This document shows, in pieces, positions 1 to 19,826 of a DNA stretch of 64,000 nt. Source of the DNA: Paragordius varius. Its lineage: Eukaryota; Animalia; Nematomorpha. The notes below the pieces were generated by a model that was not told where the DNA came from, searched no databases, and worked only from the letters and a program-made list of their open reading frames with translations. How positions within the stretch are numbered: position 1 is the stretch's first letter; each line of letters begins with the position of its first letter. The position numbers were made by a program, and so were the translations under genes. The stretch covers positions 7,626,001 through 7,690,000 of the forward strand of contig OZ176053.1 of NCBI GenBank assembly GCA_964247055.1, written 5' to 3'.

Positions 1-1023
1 TCGAATTTATAAAAACCAACCACCCTTTCGGTTTCTTACCGCAAAAAGGGGTTAATTTTTTTAAAAAATATAAATATTTTGATAAAACCAGATAAAATAT
101 TAGAAAATATGTATTTGCTTACAATCTAAAAATGTCTTCATATGTTATTCTTATCATATTGTTAGATTTTAGTTAAACATGATTTTAAGACAACAAAGAA
201 ATTAAAAATATTACACCCTAAAAATGTGTATATCTATATTTTGTCACATATTTCGTTCGGCTGATATAATATATTTGCCAAATCAAAAATTAATGATAGT
301 TTTAGTTGGAGTTTATTCGCGATTAGGTTTATGTATGTATCACAAGAGTATTACAATTATTAAACCTATGTTCATGACAAAACCTTTTTTCAGCCAGATT
401 AAATATGGTATAAATGTGACAGCTTTCAAAAATTCGAAATTGTTAACCATAAAAAGTTTTTATAATTCATAGTGATTGACAATATATATAATATTATTAT
501 ATATGTAATTAAAAAAACATGTAATACAAACAATTATATTTGTTTTTTTACCTGTTCTTATATATTGCGTATGAGTAATTTAAACTTAATAACGCTTTAT
601 GAAAAAATGCAAAAAAACGAAGGAGAGGCTATAAAAAATAAAAAGAACTAAGGGGTCTCCTGCATTTTTTATATATTTTAGTATTATATAAATAAAATTA
701 TACTATGTAGAAAGGTATAAATAACAACAATTCATTGATAGTTTCTTATTTTTTTACATAAAAAGGTATTTTTTTAATCCACCTCTTTTTTTAATGGAAA
801 AAAATTGATATAAATTATAATTTATCTCATATAATTATTTTTAAGGTCAAACTTCAATTGACATATTTATATAGATGATCCTGAAAGTTAAAGATTATAA
901 ACATTGTTTAATCCACAAAAATTATGTCATGATATTCTCTACACAACTTTTAAAATGACGGAAAAATAAATTTTATATTTGACTTAAGAAACCTCATATT
1001 ATCCATTGATCTCTAATTCGATA

Positions 1024-7076
<6,053 letters not shown>

Positions 7077-7304
7077 ATTTAAGTTGATCTATTAAAGTGT
7101 ATACAATATTGACATAATGATTGAATAATTTCTCTTTAAAAGGAAAATTATTATATATATAAAGCAAAATTGATAAATTTTAATACTGATACATTTAGAC
7201 ATAATATTAAGTATTTTAAAGTCGATTGCATTGGCATTATAAGATCATTTTATGAATGTGTGTACCCTAGTAATATAAGATAAGATATGATATATTTGTT
7301 TAAA

Positions 7305-10300
7305 TTAAATAGGCATATGTATTTCTTCAGTTATATCAATATCTTCGTCTGATTCATCGTCCACATCCTCTTTATCCAACTAAAATTATAAAAATGTATT
7401 TTTTTGAATTTTTTTTAAAAAACCGAATAAAAAATTTTAAAATAAAATTTTCGAACTTTTTTATATATTTTTCAATTAATAGAGACACAATCCCGTGTGG
7501 GGATATGTTAACAAAATTTACTGATTACACTGGACAACGAATTTTTCTGCCACTCGAGTTTTTTGAATTTTCTGATATTTAGTATCATTTTAACAGTAAA
7601 TCTGAAATAAAAATTATAACTCGTTGGAAGAATTTTGTATAATTTGATTTTTTTGATTATGCGCCCTCTTTATCAAAATTTTATAAAAAATATTTTTCTT
7701 TGAAAATATACAAGTAATGCCCATTTGTAATATATCATTCGAAAGAGTAATAAAAACTCTATAAAATGCATACTAATATGTATTACATCGACAGTTACTA
7801 TTGGACACAAAGAGCGACAAACGCGCGAAGCGAGAGCATTTTTTTTAATTATTATATTTTTAAAACTAATGGATGAAAATAGCTCAAACTTTGTTTAAAT
7901 GGTGATGAATGTCCAAAAAGATAACACAAAAAAGTTTTTTTGATTAAAACATTTTTTTATTGCTTTTATGTCACTCAGAACAGCCATTTTTACGTTTTTT
8001 TGTTTTTTAAAAATTACCATCTCATTAATATTAATTTATTTTCTTTACAAGGCTGATAATTTCGAAATTTTAAAGATAAAAACAAAGTTTAAAGTATTTT
8101 TGATCTTTTATCGCCATTATGTAATAAATTTACAATTATAACTATGCATTTTAGTATCCATTAGGTAAAATATTTATGATAATAATTTTTATTAAAAAAG
8201 CAAACCAAAAGCTTTTTCAAACATTTTTTTTAAATTAAATACTGATATAACCCTAATAATTATATTAAAATAATTTATATGATTTTCAAATTAGTTTGTC
8301 TGTGAAAATTCTTGACTTATTTAAGGATTGAAAATTTCGACCATTTAAATCCAAATAACTTTTACATCCGATTGATTTAAATGACTTACTACCATTTAAA
8401 AGATGCAGTTTTTTGCGCTCTTTCGAATGATATAAAATATATGGCTTTATATCTAAAACTTTTAATTTTCGAAATTTCGAGTTTAATGTTAAATCGGGGT
8501 CAAAAATTATCGATAAACTTTAATAAAAAAAATTCTTCCATGCTAGACCAATTTTCTTTTCGGATAGACTATTTATGTACTTTAATGAAATAAATTTTAA
8601 ATTTACAAGAATGGCAGTTAAAAAAAGTTTAAATTTGTTGTCTGGTGTTATTAACTGATTTAAAAATTGTTGACAGATATATCGCTTTATATTCACTCTT
8701 AAGAGTAATAAAAATAATTAGATTCAAATTTTTTTATAAACAAATATTTTTTTACAAAAAATCATTTAAATAAAGCTTCAATTGTATATGAGTATAATAA
8801 ATTTTATAAATTATCTAAATATATCCCAAATGTTTTTTTTAAATTAATTTAAAACATTTTTTAACACTGACTGCCTTACAGATTGACAAATACCATATTC
8901 AACACACTTTACCTCCGTTAACTCTCTAGGCGTATAAATCCATCCCAATTGAAATCGTATTAGGATAAAAATTATAAGAACAAAGGGAAACGCCTGAGCT
9001 GCCACGGTTAATCGCACAGCCCAAAGGGCTATTAGGCATAAGAGTTGAATAAGTGTATAGAAATGGAGTTTAAATAATCCCACGTTTTTCACATAATTAA
9101 GCGTTGGGTAATGTTTCAAGGGCATTAAAAAGATGAGGATCCGGTCGAAAAATTGGATACCTAAATATGTATGTAGATTAGAAATCAGAAAAAGAAAAAA
9201 AAATGTTAAAATATGGAGAATAGATAGATAAATTAATGGGAAATTCCAAATTTAAAATAATTCGTAAAAAAACGTAAACCCGGATATATGGAATATATTA
9301 ACAGAGTAATAAATTGTCAAACCTTTAAGAGAGGACACACCCATATACAAAAATATGCCAAATAATACAGCGGTTGGAATTTTTTGGAGATAAACGCTAA
9401 AAAACATGGAAAGCCCAATACATAAGGAAACCATAAAAGCAGTTACTCTTTGCTCCAAAACGCCTGTCATAAGGTAAAAAAAGTATTATATACCATTATA
9501 AAAATGTCAATCGTCTTTAAATTTCATGTAACAAATTAATATAATATCTAACCTATATGTCGCACAAATTGATGTGAAATTTAATTTTTTTTAAAACAAG
9601 AATAATTAAACCAATGATTGCGGGTGGTTCCCCAGGAGCACGAAGTTTGCTAAAAACGGTGAGACTAGATACATGGGCAAGACTTCGCACAGTAGCGCCA
9701 CTCACAAAGGGTAATCCCATAAAAGAATGGATTAAGGGTAAAGTGCCTGTAATAATATTTAATTTATTTCATCATACGACAATATACAGAATCGATTTTC
9801 ATTAAAAACAGCATTTGCATATTTTATATAAGGTACGAAACAAAATTTATTTACCTAGGACGAGTAAATCCAAATTATAGCCAGCACCTTTGATAAATCT
9901 GCGATCTTTACGATTTACTATAAGGCAGGTAATCATACCTAAAACAAGTGTAAGAAAATCACATATATTCATTCATAATGAAAAAGAAAAAATAAGTTGT
10001 CTTACCCTCTAAAAATATTAGGATAAATATCATGAGAGCTGGTAATATAGCGAAAAATATTTGGGCAACGGATAGATTGGTGTAATAGTATGATGGTATA
10101 TTTGCATTTGATGTTGAATAAATTCCATTTAGATTCGATGATTTTACATCTATAAGTGATAAATAGAGCATAAATTTAGAAAAGGGGGTAATTTAAGATT
10201 TTTTACATATTATAGAATATAACCTTGAGAAATGGATGTTTTGTAAAGCGGTTTTGAACCACCATGAAGTGGTCTAACACTCCAACTTCGTTTTTCTGGA

Positions 10301-13300
10301 GCAGTTGGTGTCACATGACTAGGAACATTTAATTTGGGTATATAAACATTTTTGCCCACCGCATAAGCAAATGCTATCATGGAGAGTATGGCTATTGGTA
10401 CACCGAAATCGGCTAAAAATCTTCGGGCCCCTTTAGTTTTAATGAATAGAAAAAATTTCAACTCAAAAAATAGTTTTATTGGTAGACAAAAAAATTGCAA
10501 GACTTTGGGTGCAAAAAAAATTTGAAGTATATAAAAATGAGTTTATTTTGAAATTGAACATTTTTTATTCGATTTTGCTAAAAATATCAAATTGCTCATA
10601 AGATTACGGAAAAGTATTCAGATATATGTTAACTTTAATCCAATTACCAAAAAAAGCTCTCGAATTCTGAAAAAATTTGGTACAAATATATTTGATCCAA
10701 ATAACAAAATAATTTATATACCTCGACCAAAGAATTTGCTATTGCGAAACACTTTGAGGAAATAGGCTATGAAAAATGTGCCAAACATTAATAACGTACA
10801 GAAAAGGGCCGTATTTGGACGAATGATCTTGAAAACTTGAATCAATCTAAAGAGTGATTATTTTTTGAAAAAGATATTATACTTCATTTAAAATAATTTT
10901 ATTTTTTGTATCAAATTAGCAGAAGTTTTATAAAAAAAGAGACAATTCAAGGAACTATACTCTGCAATTTATCGTAAAATTACCGTTCATAATTGGTGTA
11001 TTGTTGAGTTGTTATATCACTTAGTATGTATCGTTTTGGATACTTGAAATAGTAATAAGGTATTTGGTATACATAATTGTTGTATGATTGTAAGCTGGTG
11101 GCGTTAGAGCTACTATTATTAAAATTAGAATTTCCACCACTAATGGGTACTTTATAGGGTTCTAACATAGATGTTAGCACACTAATATTATGTTGTAATG
11201 AAACGGATGCTGATGCTGATGAATAATTATTCGTATTTATTGGTGGGAGTAAAGATGTCGTTGCTTTATGTCCTATGCTAGAATAACTCATGAAAGTTAA
11301 AACTAACACAGGTTGTTGAAGGAGCATAGAAGGGGGTATGGTCACATTCAGGTGACAGTAATCGGGAAGTAAGGGATGCCTTTGATATGTCTAACCATAA
11401 ACGAAAAAGAACAAAGCCAATATAATATGCCATTTACAATTCACCTTAAATAATTCAAAATCACCATTGAACAATTCAAATTCACCCTCGATCAATTCAA
11501 ATTCACCCTCAAATAAATTATGTGTTTAAATTAAAAATTCCTATATTTTTATATATTTTTAAAAAATAAAATTTGGTTTTAAATCAAATAATACAGGAAA
11601 AATAATAAACTATCCCATAAAGATGTATTTCATATTAAAAATGAGTTATATTAGTTCGATAACATATAATTTATTTTTAGGGTGAATTTGTATTGTTCAA
11701 GGGTGAATTTGAATTATTAAAGGGTGAACTTGAACTGTAAATGGTATAATTGGAAGAATTATAAATTTACAAAGATATGAATGCGAGAAATTTTTTGTTC
11801 CAATATTGTTCAATATTTAATCTGTTTACCCTTAAAAACAAACTCATTGGATTTGAGTTTAGTTGACAAGCGCTAGTTTGATTGAAAAAGGGTATGGATA
11901 TATTTTTAAGGTGTATTAAAAGTTTATGTATTCAGAATATAAGTAATAATAAGCTATTACAGATTAATTTGGGTAATTTTACCTCTTTAAGATTGTAAAA
12001 CGTTTCATATATGAAGATGAAGGATATCAAAATGGAAAAAATTTCTTGGATAAATCGCGTTAAGTAACGGATAAGGACACCCGCCTGGGCAGCTAAAAAT
12101 ATGATTGTTATGACAAAGACCCACATAGCAACCCAAACGCGGTACGATAAGTAATTTATTTGATTCTGTTTGCTAAACTGTATGAAAAAATTGAAAAGTT
12201 TTATATAAATCATTTACAATAAAAATTAAAATTATAGAGCAAAAGGTAAAAACCAAAAGACAAATTTTTTGAAAAAGACAACCATACCTTTTCAAATCTA
12301 ATTTTTCCCAAATAAATAAAACTATGTTAAATTATATAATTAAGTCCCTATTTTCTTTAAGAAAATGCTTGTCTTTAAGCTTTTACGTTTTTTGTCTGTA
12401 TAATTTCATTTGTTTGCTATAACAACCATTATTTTACAAACTTTGTAAAGGCTATCTTCAAATATTAACATGGGGCCAGTAGCTCCTACTATAGCCAAGG
12501 GTTGCCCACTAAAAAGGGCAAATATACACCCTCCGACGCAAGTTGCAATCATCATCTCAGAAACTCCCATCCAGTTTTCTGTAGTATAACCTTAACAAAA
12601 GGGATATATATATATATATATATATGGCAAAATCAGATGCAATTTCAAATAAATTATTAAAATTTGACAAAATTAAAATATGCGAAGGAGACTTAAAATA
12701 AAAAATACTTTCATTAAGATATTTTTTATCCTGGCATATTTTATATATAGTCTAAATCTAAATATAATATAAGAAGCTAACATCTTTACTTTTAATTTCA
12801 ACAAAAGCATAAATAAATGTTTAATGGAAATTAAGCAAGAAAATATGGTTGTAATACAAATCAAAACCGGTAAATCTTTACTCCGTATATTTCCTAATTT
12901 TATAATTTTTCCGATATATGAACCAAAATGGCATTAGGTTTGCCAAATATTTATATCAACATAACAGGGTTGATGTTTACTAAGCTTTAAAAAATATTAC
13001 ATTTCCATAAAATTTATATTTTTTGTTTTAAACAAAAAAAAAACGTAAATTGAATCGCATACTCAATATTCCGCCAAATGTTATGCAGGGCGAGAGGCAA
13101 GCAAAATAAATAAATATAAACGTTGATGCGCATTGGAGGTGGAAGGCATTGGTGAAATCCGTTTTATAAAATGGGAGTTTACGCTTGACATCATTGATTA
13201 AACCTGCACAAAAAAAACGAGAATTATGTCAAATAATTTATATATATACATATAACCTATTTAAAATATAATTCAGTATTTAGTTGGTTAAATTTTATAA

Positions 13301-16300
13301 TATGATTAAAATCTTTTAGTTTTGTACTAACCTCCAAAAGGTTTTCTCCATTCCCATTTATTTGGTTTGGTGTCATCCTCTTTGTCTTTAACAATGTCAT
13401 CCTTTTTGGATTTCTCGTCTAAATGGGTTTAAATATGATAATCACACGTATCATAATTAAAATTAAAGATGAATTTGTACGCTTATATATGCATCTATGG
13501 CAGTGACTATGACCCCTTATAAAAATAGGCAGTCAAAATATTTATCAAAACAAACGGTGAAAATTAAGATTTTGGCAAAAATATTGTCACTTTTCAAATG
13601 ATTTTTATGCGGCGGCTTATTTAATAAAACAATAATGCAAATTTTTTGAAAATAACTAATTATTCAAAATCAATTCAACAGGATCAAATTCGATAATTAT
13701 CAAGATACAACGTAAATAACTGTTTGTGTTATTATTTTACCGTTTATGAACGAGAATGATCGCAATTATAAGCAATCAATGGGTTATTAATCTTTGTGCG
13801 GTCAAAACCCAATCCTAAAATTTTTTTTATGTAAAAATAGTACCTAATCCTTTATCCTTGCCCCATTCTTTTTGATCTTTGGCTAAGCGTTTTTTTAACA
13901 ATTGTTCTTTATACAACGATGAGATGGGCATCAGAGTAGAGCGTCCAAAATCTCCTGGAGGCAAAACAATAGCATCTTTCAACATATTGTTGAAGGCTGA
14001 AGTTAATTCTTTGCATGTTTGCGCCTTGTATGCTATGCTATTGAAAGACTATATGATGCAAAATAAAATAGTATATGTGCATGTATTAATCTATAAAATC
14101 AAATGAAATTCTTTTCATTCTAATTATACAATTTTAATGAAACTATTTTTAACAAACATTTTCATTATAAAATATTCAAATTAAATAAAACATCTCCCCT
14201 ATTAAAGCCAAAAAAAACTAATTTAAGCTACCAATTGTTTTGAAAAAAAAGATATCCTCACCTCATTAGAAAGAAGTGTTGCAAACGAACGACCCAACTC
14301 TTTGTAATCAGGTTCTTGAATAGTAGCAAATTGATTTGTACCCACGCCGCCCATTGCTGCCGTATCTCTAAACTGATCATCCATGAATTGCGTAGGCAAA
14401 GGCGAAATATTACAACTGCCACGTCTTGAAGGCATAGATGTCCTAGTGCTAACATCGCATTTATCGCTTAAAGAATCAATTTTATGGCGGCGACGTGTGA
14501 TGGATGATTGAATGATGGGTGTCATAGGTCGGTTAATATCATCATTTTCATTATCGTTATTATTATTGGCAAAATATTTATTAGTTGTGGGAGATGATAT
14601 TAAATTGTTATTGTTGGATTGAGTAATGGGAAACATGGAAGTTGGTATAGTTCCTCTTTGTGGTCCCAAAAGTATGAAAATGAATCTACACACACATATA
14701 TATATATAAAGACAAGAACAGTTAGATCATATATAAATCAAAAACGCAACATTCCAATCCAAATTGATCACCAACTTTCGTATAATATACAAAATTAATT
14801 AATAATATAAAAAACATGGATTTTAAAGTATTAAATATGATTGAAAAATATTCGCCATATATATCCAAAATGACTTTATTTTAAGAAAAATTACTTCTAA
14901 TCATATATTATTAAATCAATAAAACATTTATACTAAACACAAATAAAAAGTAAAGTATAAAGACTATCCAAAAAATGTTTCATACCTAACCGGTATATTT
15001 TCATCTTCCATGACACCAGAAGGGAAATTCACCGCCCTTTGAAGTCGAACAAAAACTGTAACACAACGGGTAGCAAGAAATGCGGCACCACCCACCATTA
15101 CTAAGGCACCCTCCTGAATAAAACATGTCGTTTGGCCCTCCGACCATGTAAAAGATGATGATTTTCTTCGCAAAAAATTTCCGACACCCATACTACCTAA
15201 ATATAATTAGTTTGGTAATACGTGCTTAAAATTTTGTATTTCTATAAACGTTCATATTTCCCAACGCTTTTTAGAAAGAGTTATATTTAAAAACTAGTGA
15301 AAATTATAATAAAAACAATTTATTTTAAAATCGGTAGATAATCAAAGAATATAAATTGGTAGAATATAACTTCGTTTGCGTCCAGATTTTTTAATTTTGA
15401 TGGCTTCTTTGCTACCATAAACAAGGCGTGGATAGCGATTTATCAAAGAATTGCATAACAACCGCAAGTAATTAATTATACGGCGCAGTAAATTTAATTT
15501 TCTTCGATTGTTTAGAGATTCTAAAGCAACATATTTTATAGATAACAAACATCTCTAGATATTAAACATAAAGTGTAAAATGTTTTTCCTAGAATTATAC
15601 TTGGTAGGGTTGAGGTTGTCAAATTTGATTTTGTGAAAGAAGGCCTTCCATTTTCTAAGCTTTTGGAGTTAGATCCATTTTCAACTCCATTTTTAACCGT
15701 ATTTTCAGGTAAAAATTTGATAGAAACTTCTTCTAGTTTTGGATTGTCTGAAACGAAATTATCATTTTTATTATTATTGTAATCCTTTTGATTTTCCATG
15801 TTTGAAGAATGAAAATTTGTATATCCATTTCCCATTGGTAAATGCGTATCTTTAATATGCTTTATACCATTAGTTGTTTTGTCCAGGTTTGTGACGTTTT
15901 TTTCACCAGTATTAAGGTCGAATGTTTTAGATTTTGAGCTGATGAGGTATTATTTGGGTCGCAAAATATTAAAATATAAAAATTTAAATGATAAAATTAG
16001 TGAACTTTACAAATTTATAATATAAATGGTAAGGCTCTTTTATAACGTCTAAATATAATATAATATTATACTACAACATCTAATATAAAAAACCGAATAT
16101 AAATATTAGCAAAAATGTTAATTTACCGGGGAAACGTTAGTAAAGAGAGAATCTGTTTTGCGTCTGGAATGAATGACGTTTTGGTGTGAATTTGTCTAAA
16201 AAAATTTTATAATATTGATTCCTTGATATATATGTTTTTTTTAAAAAAATTCCAAAATTAGAATATATAAATATACCGATGTGGTTTCATAAGGCAATTT

Positions 16301-17755
16301 ATAAGTGGCAAAAATTGATCAAGTTCTATATGTTCATTGTCTCTGACCTCACAAGCAATTTTGTGCATTATTTCGGAGTATTCGATTTCTTCCATATCCA
16401 ATATAACAGTACCTGAGATTAATAAAATCATTAAATAATTAAAAAAAGTTTTTTTATCACTTTAATGTATATTAATTTGTTGACAATGTAACAATAAAAT
16501 TTACAAAACATAAAAACATAATAGATAAAGACGTTTTTTCCATGATTGACTTTGATGTGGTGAGTTTTTGTAAAAAGTTACATATAAATTTTGCATGTTA
16601 CAAAATAAATTTATCTCTCATATAAAGCTATATAATGTACTGAGTCATCCATAACATTGATGTAACTAGATATACCATTTGCGCTTTAAGTGTGCCCTTC
16701 AACACTTCAAATTGGGCCTTGAATTGTTCAAGTTAGTCGTTGAAAACTTCAAGTTAGTCTTTCAAGATTTTACGGTCGTCCTTAAACTTTTTAAGTTTGG
16801 ATTTAACCATAAATTTTGCATGTATTAATTTATTATTTCTGACCTAATTTTCTTAATTTAAAATTAATTTTCCATTTAAAAACCAATTTGTTTTGAACTA
16901 ATTTTTTCCACTTCAACAATATTATTCAATTATAAATGTTTTTAACAAAAAACTCTAATTCCAGAGAAAACGTATATAACTTAATAAAGATATACGGTTT
17001 CTGAATGATCAAAATGAAGTAAAAGTTTGTTTAAATCACAAGAATAGGTTAAAATGATAAAATATATGATTAATACACGGTTAGATTAATAAAAGTTAAA
17101 AACAAATTAAAAAAGTTGAAAGACAAACTTGAAATGTTCAAGGAACAACTTGATATGTTGGACCAACTTGAAGTGCAAATGGTATATATCCACCTTAAAA
17201 TTCACCGTAAATATAAATAAAAGGGGGTACAACTCATTTCTTTTAAAGATAATATAAAAATGGATTTGATTCTATGCTTTATGTAAAAATTGTGGAGGGA
17301 ATTATATTATTTCATGGAAAGAAAACTCAGAATCTGGAGCCCTAATTATTACCTACCTACCTATCTATTTACTTGGGTAGAAATCGGGTTATACATATGT
17401 TAACATATTTAGTTCAAAAAAACCTCTGAATCTTAAGTTTACATTTTAATAATTAAAGCATACCCGTTTCTAATCGTTTTCTGAGTTCAGCCAATCCATG
17501 GAATGATAAGATTGGAACATGCGGTTTTCCCCACCGGGCAGAATTTTCTTCCAAATCCTCTTCGTATTTTATCCAACGTGCAATCTCGCGCCAATAATGA
17601 TGGCCTGAAATGCCATATTCCTCCATGCAATATTCATCGAGTTGAACGAAAAGCTATGCATATTGGTTGGCGTTATGAATAAAATTATATATTTTTTTTT
17701 GAAAAAAAGACAATCGACATCCTTTTTTAAACCTTAGTTTTTTCTAAATTGTTAA

Positions 17756-17813
<58 letters not shown>

Positions 17814-19826
17814 GAATGTTATATTAAATTCAGTTTTTCGGACCCTAAAACAGAAAATCGTTCTAAAAAGTATGGTTGTCCTTTAGATTTTACATTTTGT
17901 CTGTATAGTTTCAATTTTACCATTAAAATAATGATTTATATGTAATGACATGATTAATTCTATACATTAACTTTATTGGTAAAATTTGAAATCTAAGAGT
18001 TCATCTTCGCATTTTATAATTATTACATATAGTAACTATATTTGGTCATATATGCGATTATAAAAATTAAAATTAATTAATTATATTTCGAAGACATGAT
18101 TTGATATAATAAATTATTTTTTTATATTAAAAATAGCATTTATTCTAGCGATGTTAACTTTGTCTGAAACGTATGCCACAAAATTTTGCGTATATTAAAT
18201 AAAATATGTACACAGTTTGCAAAAAAAGTTTATCATTTTTCTATTTTTTTAAAGTTATCGTTAACCTTATTTTATTTAGTATCGTACAAAAATAAAATTA
18301 ACTCATAGTCTCTTTTTGTGGTTAATAAAGTAAATTAAACTACTTGGAATTCAAAAATATGAAAAATTAAAAATATTGAGCAAAAAAAAACAATTAAAAT
18401 GATTTCATTATCAAATTTTAAAATACCGTAATTAAAACAAAGTCAAAAACAGTTTCATTCTCTAATATATATTTTAAAATAAAATGCATTAACGCAGAAA
18501 TAAAAATTTTAATTTTACAAAAAAACTATGGTTTTAAAAACCATAATTAAGCAAAAGTATGATAAGATCTGTTTAACCGATTGCATAAAAAACGGGAAAT
18601 CATTTTTGCTGACCCCAATTCTATTAGTTTGGTTCCATATGTTAGGCTAATTTTTTATCACAATACGAATTAATGGCCATAAAAATAAAAAAGTAAAAAT
18701 AATAATATAAATTGTAAAATTTATTACATTAAACTATATCCAAAATCTTTGATACATGGTAGTATCTTTTTTAATTCTGGATAAACTAAAAACAAAAGAT
18801 AATATTGATAATATATAATTAACACAACATTATCAAAATAATTATAAAATATGATAAGTTGACATTGTCGCAAAAATTGATAGGAATTAAAAAATTTTAG
18901 TTTAAAAAACCCACGTTAAATGCAAAACCGAAATTTCGTTAAATTTTACCTTGTAATTTTTTTCTTTCGAGGAAGGATTTTCGTTGCTAGGCGATTCCAA
19001 CATAGCGTCAGGTTCAAACGTTATCTTACTAGTTTTATGTTTAGCATAAACAGGTATAGTATCAGCATTGGGAAGCGATGTTCCGAATTGCGAACTAATT
19101 CGGCGCCTACTTATTCCAGGATGATTTTCCGCATGATGAGGTGCCCCTACAAATCAATAAAAATCATGTCAATGTATCTTTTTGAATACATTTATAAATC
19201 TAAGAAGTAATGGTAAAAAATTTATTTGTACAATATTAAAAAATGATACTTTAACCAAGAGGATAATGTTACTACTGGGATATTTTTAGAGGTAGTTTTC
19301 CAAAGTAATTATATGCATTTAATACAAAAATATTTTATTTTTGTTATTTATTTTGGGAATAAGTTTTTTGACACTAGAAAATAAAACATTAAAATTAGTT
19401 TATTTTATTATATATATAAATATATATTTATTGGTTAATAAATCCTAATATCAAAATCTTTTATAATTTATTCATACCATGTTTAAAAAATTCTTTGGAA
19501 GGCATGTTTTCACCAATATAACGGTGATTTTTTTCATTTGTGGTTAAATTATTATCACTGATATGGGACTGTTTAAAACGACGTTTTCGAGAACGATTTG
19601 GATTCGCTGTATGATGACTGGCTAATTCATCATTACCGTTTCCAGATATATTCTGTTCAAAATGTTGAACACCAAAAGGCGTAAATTTAATAGGCTCATT
19701 TTCTGATTCATCTACGTATGTTCGATTAATATAAGTTTGAGATAACGCTGTGTCCATATCTTTAGTATCGCTTGGACCTGGCTTATCATTAGAATCACCA
19801 TTGATTTCAAAGGATTTGTTCTCCAT
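7305..19826 (-). CDS. SLC4 family anion exchanger (AE/band 3-like), paralog 1, multi-exon
   Basis: ATG 19826. Cytoplasmic-domain exons [28 protein letters not shown] (about 17460-17660), [25 protein letters not shown]. Membrane-domain exons [123 protein letters not shown]. Last exon 7305-7379 [24 protein letters not shown]. Confidence 0.92.
11426..11748. mobile_element. MITE family A (TA-flanked TACCATTT termini, subterminal about 21-bp tandem repeats)
   Basis: tatgccatttacaattcacc ... ggtgaacttgaactgtaaatggtata; arrays of gaacaattcaaattcaccct on the left, inverted on the right. Confidence 0.8.
16671..17186. mobile_element. MITE family B (TATACCATTTGC termini, 21-bp subterminal repeats)
   Basis: tataccatttgcgcttt ... 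ttgaagtgcaaatggtata; repeats related to ttgaacacttcaagttggtcc; internal similarity to 25741-26375. Confidence 0.8.
17756..17810. repeat. Compound (AC)n(AT)n microsatellite
   Basis: Read directly; other (AT)n runs lie at about 12604-12625 and 38445-38460. Confidence 0.95.

Noticed and set aside
1-1000. ORF 224-472 and possible upstream gene
   Set aside because: No homology cues or convincing exon chain; treated as intergenic or promoter sequence.
11426-11748. Regular about 21-bp repeats as a possible CRISPR array (also 16671, 25741, 31332)
   Set aside because: Units are head to tail with no unique spacers, mirrored at element ends, in eukaryotic introns, with no cas genes.
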